In this document: piece by piece, positions 18,397 through 27,340 of the stretch
Layout of the letters: each line of letters starts with the position of its first letter
How positions within the stretch are numbered: the stretch's first letter is position 1
Assembly: GCA_964592405.1 (NCBI GenBank)
Contig: CAZQBY010000004.1
Coordinates: 42,440 to 73,559, forward strand
DNA: 31,120 nucleotides
Direction: 5' to 3'
DNA from: an uncultured archaeon
GTDB taxonomy: Archaea > Altiarchaeota > Altiarchaeia > JAFGQM01
Position numbers and translations under genes: made by a program
The notes under the pieces: generated by a model
Told to the model about the DNA's origin: nothing
Seen by the model: only the letters and a program-made list of their open reading frames with translations
Database searches by the model: none

Positions 18397-18437
18397 AAAT
18401 TGCTTGAGGCAGTTGAATATCGCTCTCCCTAATTAAG

Positions 18438-18617
18438 ATGGCAAAACTCCCCGAACCCAAGGAGGAAGACGGCCCCGGAATCTGGGGCGTCATCAAGAGG
18501 AGGCGCAGCAGGCGAAGCCTCTCCGGCCCCATCAGCAAGGCGGAGCTCTCACAGCTCCTCTGGGCCGCGGACAGCCTGACGGGTGGGGGCTACACCCCCA
18601 TTTATAAGTCCAAATAG
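18438..18617 (+). pseudogene. Truncated 5' duplicate of the SagB-type dehydrogenase gene (59 codons)
   Basis: 18433-18588 matches 19201-19356 with 3 mismatches, then diverges and stops at TAG 18615-18617. Confidence 0.88.
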
Positions 18618-18631
18618 GATAGATTAATAAT

Positions 18632-18853
18632 ATGGAAGATTTTCATGTTGTCCTGACAGAAGACTCCAAAGACGGCGGCTATGTCGCCACAGTGCTGGAA
18701 ATTCCCGAGATAGTGACAGAAGGAGACACAATCGAGGAGGCACTAGCAATGGCTAAGGATGCCATCAAAACCTATCTCTCCTATAAGAAGGAAACAAGTA
18801 AAGCAATAATCAAGACCGTGCCTAGGAAAGATTTGAGGATTTCTGCTTCTTAG
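18632..18853 (+). CDS. hicB: HicB-family antitoxin (short form)
   Basis: DGGYVATVLEIPEIVTEGDTIEEALAMAKDAI. Confidence 0.9.
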   Translation: MEDFHVVLTEDSKDGGYVATVLEIPEIVTEGDTIEEALAMAKDAIKTYLSYKKETSKAIIKTVPRKDLRISAS

Positions 18854-18854
18854 G

Positions 18855-19067
18855 ATGCCCGTAAAAACCAGAAAAATTCTTAGAGTTCTGTCCCAACATT
18901 ATGGCTATGTCCAAGCAAGAAAAGGCAAGGGTAGTCATTCGATTTGGAGGAATAAAGAAGGCAGTATACTTGTCATCCCGATGAAAGAAACCATAAAGCA
19001 AGGAACCTATCTGGCAATTCTCAGGCAGGCCAAGATAGATAGGAAGGAATTTGAGTCTTATCTTTGA
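18855..19067 (+). CDS. hicA: HicA-family mRNA interferase toxin
   Basis: GY..ARKGKGSH.IW..VIP..IKQGTYLAILRQA.I, adjacent to hicB. Confidence 0.88.
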   Translation: MPVKTRKILRVLSQHYGYVQARKGKGSHSIWRNKEGSILVIPMKETIKQGTYLAILRQAKIDRKEFESYL

Positions 19068-19205
19068 GTTCCCATAGACATTTCAAATCATGCAAGCTGT
19101 TCCTCTGCTACGGCTCTGGGAAGGCATATCTGATGGATTCACGGCGTTACCTAGACAAGAAACCTCCTGCCCACACATTTTTTCATCCTTACGCATAATT
19201 TTAAG

Positions 19206-19805
19206 ATGGCAAAACTCCCCGGACCCAAGGAGGAAGACGGCCCCGGAATCTGGGGCGTCATCAAGAAGAGGCGCAGCAGGCGAAGCCTCTCCGGCCCCAT
19301 CAGCAAGGCGGAGCTCTCACAGCTCCTCTGGGCCGCGGACGGCCTGACGGGTGGGGAGGGGGACCGAGAACTCAGGGCAGCCCCGTCCGCAGGAGCTTTA
19401 TATCCCGTGGAAACATATGTTGTGGTCAACCAAGTCAAGGATCTTGAGCCGGGTATCTATCATTACAATATCAGGGACCATGAGCTAGAGCTTATCAGGA
19501 GGGGCGATTTAAGAACGGCGATAGCCAGTGCCGCCCTCGGTCAGACCATGTGTTCAGATGCAGCAGTAGTGTTTATCTGGACAATAGTCTTTGACAGATG
19601 CGCGCGCAAATACGGCGAACGGGCGAACCGTTATGTTTTCCTAGATGCGGCCCACATATGTCAAAACCTCCTACTGGCTGCTGAGGCACTTGGTCTTGGC
19701 GCATGTCCGATAGCTGCCTTCCATGATGTCACACTCAATGAGGTTGTAGGAGTGGACGGACAAAAAGAGAGCGCAGGCTACATGGCGGCAGTTGGCAGGA
19801 AATAG
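19206..19805 (+). CDS. SagB/ThcOx-family nitroreductase-like dehydrogenase
   Basis: RRSRR, ELSQLLWAA, RAAPSAGALYPVETY, KYGERA.RY..LDAAHICQN..LAAEALGLG. Confidence 0.92.
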   Translation: MAKLPGPKEEDGPGIWGVIKKRRSRRSLSGPISKAELSQLLWAADGLTGGEGDRELRAAPSAGALYPVETYVVVNQVKDLEPGIYHYNIRDHELELIRRGDLRTAIASAALGQTMCSDAAVVFIWTIVFDRCARKYGERANRYVFLDAAHICQNLLLAAEALGLGACPIAAFHDVTLNEVVGVDGQKESAGYMAAVGRK

Positions 19806-19864
19806 AAACAAATAAAATTTTTATTAACTCCCATCTTAATCTAACAACACCTTAATCTAACAAA

Positions 19865-20416
19865 ATGGCTATATTGTGGATTTTCCTTGGAGTGGTAGTC
19901 CTATTTGTCCTGATACTGGTCTACTACATAAACAAAATAATCGGCGTCCACAACCGTGTGAAGAATGCGTGGGCACAGATAGACGTACAGCTAAAGAAGA
20001 GGGCGGACCTCGTGCCAAATCTGATCGAAACAGTCAAGGGTTATGCCAAACATGAGAGAGAGGTATTTGAGAATGTGACCAAGGCAAGGTCTGCCATACT
20101 TTCTGCGCAGACTGTCCAGCAGAAGGCAGAGGCCAACAATATGCTAACAGGAGCTCTAAAGAGTCTCTTTGCCGTAGCAGAGGGTTATCCTGAGCTGAAG
20201 GCGAGCGAGAACTTTAAGCTCTTCCAGGAGCAGCTGGATGGTATTGAGAGCAAGATTGCATATGCTAGACAGTTCTATAACGACGCTGTTCTGGAATACA
20301 ACAACACCATACAGATGGTGCCCGGAAGATTCTTCGCCGGTATAATGGGCAAGACCCCCGAACAGTTCTTTGAGATAGAGGAGGCTGAACGGGCTGTCCC
20401 AAAGGTCAAATTCTAA
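19865..20416 (+). CDS. lemA: LemA family protein
   Basis: [48 protein letters not shown]. Confidence 0.95.
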   Translation: MAILWIFLGVVVLFVLILVYYINKIIGVHNRVKNAWAQIDVQLKKRADLVPNLIETVKGYAKHEREVFENVTKARSAILSAQTVQQKAEANNMLTGALKSLFAVAEGYPELKASENFKLFQEQLDGIESKIAYARQFYNDAVLEYNNTIQMVPGRFFAGIMGKTPEQFFEIEEAERAVPKVKF

Positions 20417-20476
20417 GGCCTTTGGCAAAGGCCGGCGAAAATATGCTGTTGGTTGCTGGCAAAAACCAACAGCATA
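20417..20476. other. Two adjacent intergenic hairpins between lemA and htpX
   Basis: GGCCTTT-GGC-AAAGGCC (20417-20433) and a 13-bp stem TATGCTGTTGGTT/AACCAACAGCATA (20442-20476). Confidence 0.75.
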
Positions 20477-20507
20477 AAATCCGCTTATACACATCATACA
20501 ATATACA

Positions 20508-21401
20508 ATGGGCCGGACCAGTTTCTATTCTGAGATAGGAAGGAACAAGAGGAATTCTGTGCTACTGGTGGTGGCAATCCTTCTTATCCTTCTGGTTCTT
20601 GTTTACATAATTTCCGAGATCTTTCTGCCCGAGTATGCCCTTATGCTCTTGATATTTGTGGGAATCTTTGTCATAGTAGACGCCTATATGTCATACAAGC
20701 ACGGAGACAAGATTATTCTTAAGGCCACAAATGCCAAACCTGCCGATCCAGTAAAACATGCATATTATCTCAATACGGTCGAGGGTCTGGCTCTTGCAGC
20801 CGGTCTGCCGGTGCCAAAGGCTTATGTGCTACCCGATAAAGACATCAACGCCTTTGCAACCGGCAGAGATCCCGAGCATGCATCCATCGCCGTCACGCAG
20901 GGTGCACTCGATAAACTCAACCGTCAGGAGCTTGAGGGTGTTATAGCCCATGAGATGTCGCACATAGGTAATCACGACATACGGTTCTTTACCCTCATAG
21001 CAGTATTTGTTGGTCTGGTTGCCATACTCAGTCATATATTCCTCAGGAGCTTGCTCTACTCTGGCGGGGGCAACAGTGGCAATAGAGATGATGCCGGCCT
21101 GTTGATAATAGCCGGGTTGATACTCGCCATAATTGCTCCAATAGTTGTCAGACTTGTGCAGCTCTCGATTTCCCGGAAGAGGGAATATCTGGCTGATGCC
21201 ACAGGCGTCAAGCTGACCCGCTACCCGCCCGGCCTTGCAGGCGCTCTTGAGAAGATAAAGAAATACAATCAGGGGAGAATGAATGTCAGCGAGGCGGTTT
21301 CCCACCTGTTTATCTCAGATCCCAAGAACACCTTTATGGATAATATTTTCGCTACTCACCCACCCATAGACAGGAGGATAGAAAAGTTGAGGTCTATGTA
21401 A
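20508..21401 (+). CDS. htpX: HtpX-like M48 zinc metalloprotease
   Basis: NAFATGRDP, ELEGVIAHEMSH, SRKREYLADA, THPP..RI. Confidence 0.94.
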   Translation: MGRTSFYSEIGRNKRNSVLLVVAILLILLVLVYIISEIFLPEYALMLLIFVGIFVIVDAYMSYKHGDKIILKATNAKPADPVKHAYYLNTVEGLALAAGLPVPKAYVLPDKDINAFATGRDPEHASIAVTQGALDKLNRQELEGVIAHEMSHIGNHDIRFFTLIAVFVGLVAILSHIFLRSLLYSGGGNSGNRDDAGLLIIAGLILAIIAPIVVRLVQLSISRKREYLADATGVKLTRYPPGLAGALEKIKKYNQGRMNVSEAVSHLFISDPKNTFMDNIFATHPPIDRRIEKLRSM

Positions 21402-21943
21402 TGGATGGAATTCCCAAACGTGGTGAGATAGCACTTGTGGTTATAGATGTTCAGGAAAAATTCCGCCCAGCGATTTTTGAGATGTCCCGGGTCATTGATA
21501 ACTGTTCCAAGCTCATCAAGGCATTCAGGATATTTGGCATGCCCGTAATCATTACGGAACAATACCCGCAGGGTCTGGGCCCCACAGTTCCGGAGCTGGC
21601 CCAGCTGGTGGATATAACTCCCATCCAGAAGAATGAGTTTTCATGCTTCGACTGCGCACGCTTCACGGATGCTTTGCCATCTCACATCCGCGGGCTGGTC
21701 ATCTGTGGCATAGAAGCCCATGTATGTATACTGCAAACCGTTTTGGATGCAATCCATAAGGGCTATGAAGTATACATGGTTGAAGATGCCATCTCATCTA
21801 GGAAAGAAAACGACTGGAGGGCTGCTGCCGTGCGTGCAGGACAGTCCGGCGCCTACCGTGTCTCGACAGAGATGATAATCTTTCAGCTCATGGGGCGGGC
21901 AGGGACTGATGAGTTCAAGGAAATTCAGGAGCTTATCAGGTGA
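21401..21943 (+). CDS. Isochorismatase-family (YcaC-like) hydrolase
   Basis: VIDVQEK, TEQYPQGLG.TV, K..FSC, GIEAHVCILQT. Confidence 0.9.
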   Translation: MDGIPKRGEIALVVIDVQEKFRPAIFEMSRVIDNCSKLIKAFRIFGMPVIITEQYPQGLGPTVPELAQLVDITPIQKNEFSCFDCARFTDALPSHIRGLVICGIEAHVCILQTVLDAIHKGYEVYMVEDAISSRKENDWRAAAVRAGQSGAYRVSTEMIIFQLMGRAGTDEFKEIQELIR

Positions 21944-21961
21944 TTTGCCAGATTCATCAAT

Positions 21962-22282
21962 TTAGTCGGCTTGCCCAGGCCGGCATATCTTATTGTAAAT
22001 GCTTTCGTTCTCTTTCAGCACTTTCTCTAAAATCCTCTCCATCTGGGATGTATGTTCGTTAAGTTCCTCGACATGTCTGTCCAACACTCTTGTATGTTCA
22101 TCTATCTTGTTCATCTGTTTGGATATATAGGTATCCATCTCTATTGAGAACTGGTCCATCCGCTTCAGAATCTTGACAGTGGACCTATGTATCCAGAGTT
22201 CCAGAATTATGACTATGGTGGCTATGGCTATGCTTATGCTCTCGACTATAAGCAGAAGGTTTATGAGGGCAGTATCCACCAT
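21962..22282 (-). CDS. Small membrane-anchored coiled-coil protein
   Basis: N-terminal TM helix followed by heptad repeats, TATA-like box upstream. Confidence 0.7.
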   Translation of the reverse strand: MVDTALINLLLIVESISIAIATIVIILELWIHRSTVKILKRMDQFSIEMDTYISKQMNKIDEHTRVLDRHVEELNEHTSQMERILEKVLKENESIYNKICRPGQAD

Positions 22283-22318
22283 TTCTCAGCCTGCTATTTT
22301 GGATTAGTACAATAAAAA

Positions 22319-24055
22319 TTATTTGCCGTACATCTGCAGCACCTCTGCTGTAGTCGTTGCATCTTCCGGCTTTTTATCCCTGAACTGCTTGAAGCGCGGG
22401 AACCTCAGGGAGAGCCCCTTTCCAAGCTCATCAACACCACATGTGTGCAGGGGGCTCTCGGTTATCTCGGCGCCTGATACCTCCATGACCACCTGTGGTT
22501 TAAACCAGACATCAGGTTCCAGTTCACTCCTGACCCGGGCTGGTCTCTCTGCTGACACAATGTTCTTGAACCTATTAGGCATCTCGTCCAAGAGCTCATC
22601 TGTGAAGCCCGTTCCTATCTTACAGAAACTTTCAAAAACATCCTTATCTGCATTGTAAGTTGCACCCAGTAGTGTTCCATATCTTCCGGCTCGTTTGCCT
22701 GTGCCATAAATTGCGCCTATCAGAACCAAATCAAATGTATCTACCAGACCCTTCAGATAATCCCTTTTCCACTTTATCCAGAGCCATTCACGCGCACCTG
22801 CACGGTAAATGGAGTCTTTTGAGAGTGATTTTGCCATAATCCCCTCCGCCCCTCTTTCCAGACTCTTACTGAAAAATATCCTGACCTCATCCAGGCCAGA
22901 TGGAACTATTCTGCGCGCAAAAGTAAGGCCGCTCGACTCACTTACTATTGATTCCAATCTCTCCCTTCTCTTTGGATATGACATAATCATCCAGTCTTTC
23001 CCATCCAGGAAGAGGAGATCAAAAAGGAACAAACGCACCGGGATTTTTTTCACATAATCCCCAATGTCATATTTTCTCTTCCTCTGCATCAGGATCTGAA
23101 AGGGTAGGAGTTTTTCCCCCCTGACTGCCACCGCCTCACCCTCCAATATCGCCCTCCTGGCTTTGACACTACTCTTCACCAAGGCAACAACATCCGGATA
23201 TTGATATGTTATGTCATCCAGTCTCCTTGAAAAGATCTTGATGCTGTCACCATCCTTGTGTATCTGCATGCGCTCCCCGTCATACTTCTCCTCCACTGCA
23301 AAGATTTTCATCTTCTCTGGAATTTCCTCCAGTTTCTGAACCCGCTGTGCTGCCATCATCTTTATAGGTCTGCCCACGGTAGGCTTTATATTCCCAACAC
23401 CTTTCAAACCATGGGATGCCAGCTCGCGCGCAACAAGACCTATGTCGCTGCTGATATTATATGCCCTCTCAATGACCGGGCGGTTCTTCTTCTCACTTGC
23501 ATAGAGAGTTGCCAGTGCATCGAGCAGTGTCATTGCACCCGTTCCAAGCCTCATTGTTTCAAGGGCTATTCTGACAATATAGCGTGCCTCTAGGGGTTTG
23601 GCTCTGGATAGCAGGCCTGCCAGCGTCTTTATCTTAGTGTCCTGTGACTTGGTGCCAGATGCAGCCGCGATTTTGTGGAAATCATCAAAGAGCTCTTTTA
23701 TTGTTATTCCTTTTTTTCTCTCTCCTGTAAACGATACCAATGATATCCCTCTACCGGAGCCAAGCATCTCCTCAGCAACCAGTCCGAGATCTCCCACCTC
23801 TTTGAATCTCTTTGAGACATCCTTTGGAAGGCGATGGGCAGCCATGGCTATGGCCTGTATCATCATCTTGTCGCCTATACCAAGCACAATATTCTCATAC
23901 TCCGGCGTGAAATGACCAAGGCACAGGTATGCCACCTTGTCTATCTCGTCCTTTGGGGTTTTTCTGAATAACTGGACCAGCATGTCTGTCATCTCCAGCC
24001 GGGATTGGGTTGATTCCAGTTTCTGGAAATAATCCGCCAAGATAGAAAAGTCCAT
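22319..24055 (-). CDS. lig: ATP-dependent DNA ligase
   Basis: EEKYDGER (motif I), ILEGE, FDLL, EGIMAK, WIKWK, SLRFPRF. Confidence 0.97.
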   Translation of the reverse strand: MDFSILADYFQKLESTQSRLEMTDMLVQLFRKTPKDEIDKVAYLCLGHFTPEYENIVLGIGDKMMIQAIAMAAHRLPKDVSKRFKEVGDLGLVAEEMLGSGRGISLVSFTGERKKGITIKELFDDFHKIAAASGTKSQDTKIKTLAGLLSRAKPLEARYIVRIALETMRLGTGAMTLLDALATLYASEKKNRPVIERAYNISSDIGLVARELASHGLKGVGNIKPTVGRPIKMMAAQRVQKLEEIPEKMKIFAVEEKYDGERMQIHKDGDSIKIFSRRLDDITYQYPDVVALVKSSVKARRAILEGEAVAVRGEKLLPFQILMQRKRKYDIGDYVKKIPVRLFLFDLLFLDGKDWMIMSYPKRRERLESIVSESSGLTFARRIVPSGLDEVRIFFSKSLERGAEGIMAKSLSKDSIYRAGAREWLWIKWKRDYLKGLVDTFDLVLIGAIYGTGKRAGRYGTLLGATYNADKDVFESFCKIGTGFTDELLDEMPNRFKNIVSAERPARVRSELEPDVWFKPQVVMEVSGAEITESPLHTCGVDELGKGLSLRFPRFKQFRDKKPEDATTTAEVLQMYGK

Positions 24056-24107
24056 TAGGGAGTATAGAAGAAGAAAAAAGGAAAAAAGATATTATGAAGA
24101 AGACAAC

Positions 24108-25439
24108 CTACGTAGTATAACTATAGGTTATCTCCTTCTGCTCGCCCGCGGAAAGCGTGACATTTAACTCCATAAGGTTGCCCGGTTTCTTGACGAATTC
24201 CTCGCTTGACTCAAAGCTGCCTTGGTCAATATAGGGAGGATAAGTGTCTATTAGGTTGACCAAGACCTCCTTTGGCTTGTAGTTCTTCAGCTTCAGGGTA
24301 GTTATATGCTTTTGCCTGTAACTCCCAATGTCAATACTGGTTGTTTTCTTTGAAACCTCTATATCGGGCGCGTTGCCTATTGTTATGCGTGCCTTCCGTC
24401 CTTCCGGAGTCCATGATATTGTATCCTCGCCCATCAGCATACCATTCTCGTAGACCTTGACCGAGCCATAGGGCCAGGTCCTGCCCGGGTTCTTCACAAT
24501 ATATATCCTCTGGACCCTGTTACCAGCTCTTGTATCCCAGACATATCTCTTTTCAGGTATTACTGTGCCAGAGAATATTGATATCAGCCTTGATTCGCCC
24601 TTCTTTATATCCTTCTGTCCCAGATCATAGACCTCATATTCTCCGGCTGTTGAGACGGTTGGTGCTTCCTCAAAGTATTCTCCGCCAGCCTCTGCCTCCA
24701 TAGGGGCCATTGCAGCCTGTGTAGCAGTGGTATAGTCCCGGTATGGGCGGCCACCACCTATCCTTATGTCACCGCCTATGAGCTTGACGTTGGCATCAAG
24801 GTCTTCAAAGCCGTTGTCTATCTTTGCCCAAAACTCAAACTTTGAGGTTGCATCGCCGGCATCCAGGAAATAAACAGGTGTCCAGGAGAGCCCGTTTGCC
24901 AGATAGCTGACCATGACTTGCCCATCTCCATTACTCTTCCAAGTGACATTTATGACTGATTCTGGCCCTTCAGCCCGTGTCTCATTGGGTTCCTGTAGGG
25001 GCTCGCTGCTGATTATAGAATCAACATTACTTGTCGGCATTGTGATGAAATTGGTGCTGTTGGATATACCTATCCAGCTGTCGGTTATCCATTCCAGCAC
25101 ACCCTCTACACTACCCACTATGACCCTCTTGCCCAAAACCTGCTTAAGCAGTTGCTTGAGAGGGGTCTCTACAAATCCGCTATAATATGTAGGGTAATTC
25201 CTCCGCGTGGAAATTGATACCTCGGAAGCTCCCGATACCCTTATGGAATTGACATAAGCGTTTTTGTTTATTCCTGCTATAAACTCAGTCCCAGACCCCT
25301 CAGTCCCGCTTTCATAAACCAGCGCGACAGACTGCGGGTATATTATCACTTCATTGACTCCAAGCTCCACTTCATTGATGGCGTTTGATCCAGCCACCAT
25401 AAGAAAAACCGTCAGACCGGCCAGTATCCTAGTGTCCAT
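24108..25439 (-). CDS. Secreted DUF4139/DUF4140-domain protein
   Basis: Signal peptide, V.IYP..ALV, VSYLANGLSW.PVY, GNAPDI, C-terminal L.AGEQKEITYSY. Confidence 0.8.
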   Translation of the reverse strand: MDTRILAGLTVFLMVAGSNAINEVELGVNEVIIYPQSVALVYESGTEGSGTEFIAGINKNAYVNSIRVSGASEVSISTRRNYPTYYSGFVETPLKQLLKQVLGKRVIVGSVEGVLEWITDSWIGISNSTNFITMPTSNVDSIISSEPLQEPNETRAEGPESVINVTWKSNGDGQVMVSYLANGLSWTPVYFLDAGDATSKFEFWAKIDNGFEDLDANVKLIGGDIRIGGGRPYRDYTTATQAAMAPMEAEAGGEYFEEAPTVSTAGEYEVYDLGQKDIKKGESRLISIFSGTVIPEKRYVWDTRAGNRVQRIYIVKNPGRTWPYGSVKVYENGMLMGEDTISWTPEGRKARITIGNAPDIEVSKKTTSIDIGSYRQKHITTLKLKNYKPKEVLVNLIDTYPPYIDQGSFESSEEFVKKPGNLMELNVTLSAGEQKEITYSYTT

Positions 25440-25475
25440 TTTAGCCCCTAGAGATAATGGAAGCGCAAATATAAA

Positions 25476-26264
25476 TCAGATGCTTCCTTCAGCCACCACA
25501 TCGTGGCGGTGTATGCTCTCTTGGGAGACTGTTCGCACCCTTATCCTGCAGTTTCTGAATCTCCTCTTGGCGGTATTGAGTATCTCCCGTGTGACATCCT
25601 CGACAAACTTTGGGTTCTCATAGATACGCCTGACCATCTCATTCTCATCCTCTGTCTTGACCAGTGTATAGACTGGACATGAAAAGGCTGATTCTACACA
25701 TTCTATCAAATCATTCAGCCCTATTCTTGAATCAAAATCACACTCTATTTCCAGCTCTCCAACAGCGCGCTGTATATGGGGTTTTCCAGTATTTTTCTTT
25801 GAGTGTGGACATGCAGTATTTCCCATGACCAAAACCTTCAGCACTTTTCGGTATTTGCCATTTTCATAAATTGTTGTAATGAAGACGTCATGAGTTTCCA
25901 TGGTGTTCTTTTTTGACACTGGAGTTTTTTTCTCCACAACCAACTCTGCTTTTAGACTCACCTCTGCGCGTGTGAATGGATGCTTCTCTTTCAGGCGGTC
26001 GATTATGTTTTTCTCCAGCTCCTCAAAGGTTTTGTGCTTGTATGATGCCTCCTCTGTTACAGCCTCACCTATGGATTCCACCAGCCGAGACATGTGGATA
26101 CCCTTCTTGTCTGGAGGGAGATCTACATAAATATCAAATGTGGGAACGAACTTATACATATGTCCGCCAAAGCCTGTCTTGACCAGTGTCCGCAGGTTGG
26201 TTATTCCCACCCTTTTAAGTCTCTCCGAGACATCAGGTTTGCTCTCTTGCGTCTCTCTGTTCAT
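25476..26264 (-). CDS. mptA: GTP cyclohydrolase MptA (FolE2 family)
   Basis: ETQ, RVGI, VDLP..KGIHMSR, TACP..HIQR, VKTEDE, NPKFVED..R, ESIH.HD. Confidence 0.9.
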   Translation of the reverse strand: MNRETQESKPDVSERLKRVGITNLRTLVKTGFGGHMYKFVPTFDIYVDLPPDKKGIHMSRLVESIGEAVTEEASYKHKTFEELEKNIIDRLKEKHPFTRAEVSLKAELVVEKKTPVSKKNTMETHDVFITTIYENGKYRKVLKVLVMGNTACPHSKKNTGKPHIQRAVGELEIECDFDSRIGLNDLIECVESAFSCPVYTLVKTEDENEMVRRIYENPKFVEDVTREILNTAKRRFRNCRIRVRTVSQESIHRHDVVAEGSI

Positions 26265-26274
26265 TATTACCCGT

Positions 26275-26318
26275 TTTATCCCAGTTTATCCTATCTATTC
26301 TATCACAGTTTATCCCAG
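26275..26318. repeat. Degenerate short tandem repeat (TTTATCCCAG-like units) between argC and mptA
   Basis: TTTATCCCAG TTTATCCTAT..CTATCACAG TTTATCCCAG. Confidence 0.6.
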
Positions 26319-26328
26319 CTGCTTAGAA

Positions 26329-27324
26329 TCAGGGACAGATGCCCAGCTGCTCAAGGCCTGTAGTCTCCTTAAAGCCTGCCATTATATTCATATTCTGGAC
26401 GGCCTGCCCTGAGGCACCCTTGACGAGGTTGTCAATTGCCGAGAAAAACACCAGCCGCCTCCCAGATTCTGTAAAGCCACCAACATGGCAGTAATTTGAC
26501 CCGCGAACCTCCAGCACGGTGGGTATGCCACCAACCACCTTTGTAAACGGCTCATCTTTGTAGGTCTTCCTGTAGACATCACTGATTCCTTCTAGGTTGC
26601 CCTTCACAAATGCATGGATTGTTGTTTCGATTCCGCGCGTAAGTGGGACAAGATGTGGTGTGAAGTATACCTTCGTTCCAAGCTCCTGCTCCATCTCCGG
26701 AACATGCCGGTGGTTGCTAACCTTGTATGGTATTACATTTTCATTCACCCAGGCATAGTGTGTTGACTCCTTTGGCTCCCTTCCACCACCACTTATTCCT
26801 GTCTTGGAATCTACAATTATCAGTTCCTCCTCATAATTTTTCACAAGCGGCCACAGGGCGAGTATTGCACCTGTGGCAAAACAGCCCGGATTGGCCACCA
26901 GGCGGGCCTTTTTTATACCCTTTCGGTGTATCTCCGGGAGACCATAAACTGCCTGTGAAAGCAGTTCTGGGGCTTCATGTCTGACCCCATATGTCTCCTC
27001 ATATCTTTTTGCACTCTTGAGGCGAAAGTCTGCTGACAGATCTATTATCCGCGTATCCAGCTCTTGGACATACACCATGGCCTTGGTGTGGGGCGTGCAG
27101 ACAAAGACAAAGTCTGAGGCATTTGCCTCTTTTCTGCTGTAACTCTCAAACCTTAAATCCGTGTGTAATTCACGGTGCAGATCGCTTACCTTCTTTCCCT
27201 GATACTGTCGTGAGCTCACGCTGATTTCATCCACCCTTGGATGGTTTGCCAGTATTCTCAGCAACTCGCCACCGGTATAGCCTGAGCCACCTATTATATA
27301 GACCTTTATCGTCTTGTCTGCCAT
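26329..27324 (-). CDS. argC: N-acetyl-gamma-glutamyl-phosphate reductase (ArgC/LysY family)
   Basis: GGSGYTGGEL.R.L..HP, IDLSADFR, YGLPE, ANPGCF, HRH.PE, IDNLVKGASGQAVQNMN. Confidence 0.93.
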   Translation of the reverse strand: MADKTIKVYIIGGSGYTGGELLRILANHPRVDEISVSSRQYQGKKVSDLHRELHTDLRFESYSRKEANASDFVFVCTPHTKAMVYVQELDTRIIDLSADFRLKSAKRYEETYGVRHEAPELLSQAVYGLPEIHRKGIKKARLVANPGCFATGAILALWPLVKNYEEELIIVDSKTGISGGGREPKESTHYAWVNENVIPYKVSNHRHVPEMEQELGTKVYFTPHLVPLTRGIETTIHAFVKGNLEGISDVYRKTYKDEPFTKVVGGIPTVLEVRGSNYCHVGGFTESGRRLVFFSAIDNLVKGASGQAVQNMNIMAGFKETTGLEQLGICP

Positions 27325-27340
27325 TTTATTATCTTTTTAT

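Larger units (their letters stand above)
18433..19356. repeat. 156-bp direct repeat pair (18433-18588 and 19201-19356) flanking the hicB-hicA module
   Basis: Direct comparison, offset 768 bp, 153/156 identical. Confidence 0.92.

Noticed and set aside
19206-19805. RiPP (azole) biosynthetic cluster around the SagB-type gene
   Set aside because: No YcaO cyclodehydratase or precursor peptide nearby. Stand-alone SagB-type genes are common in archaea.
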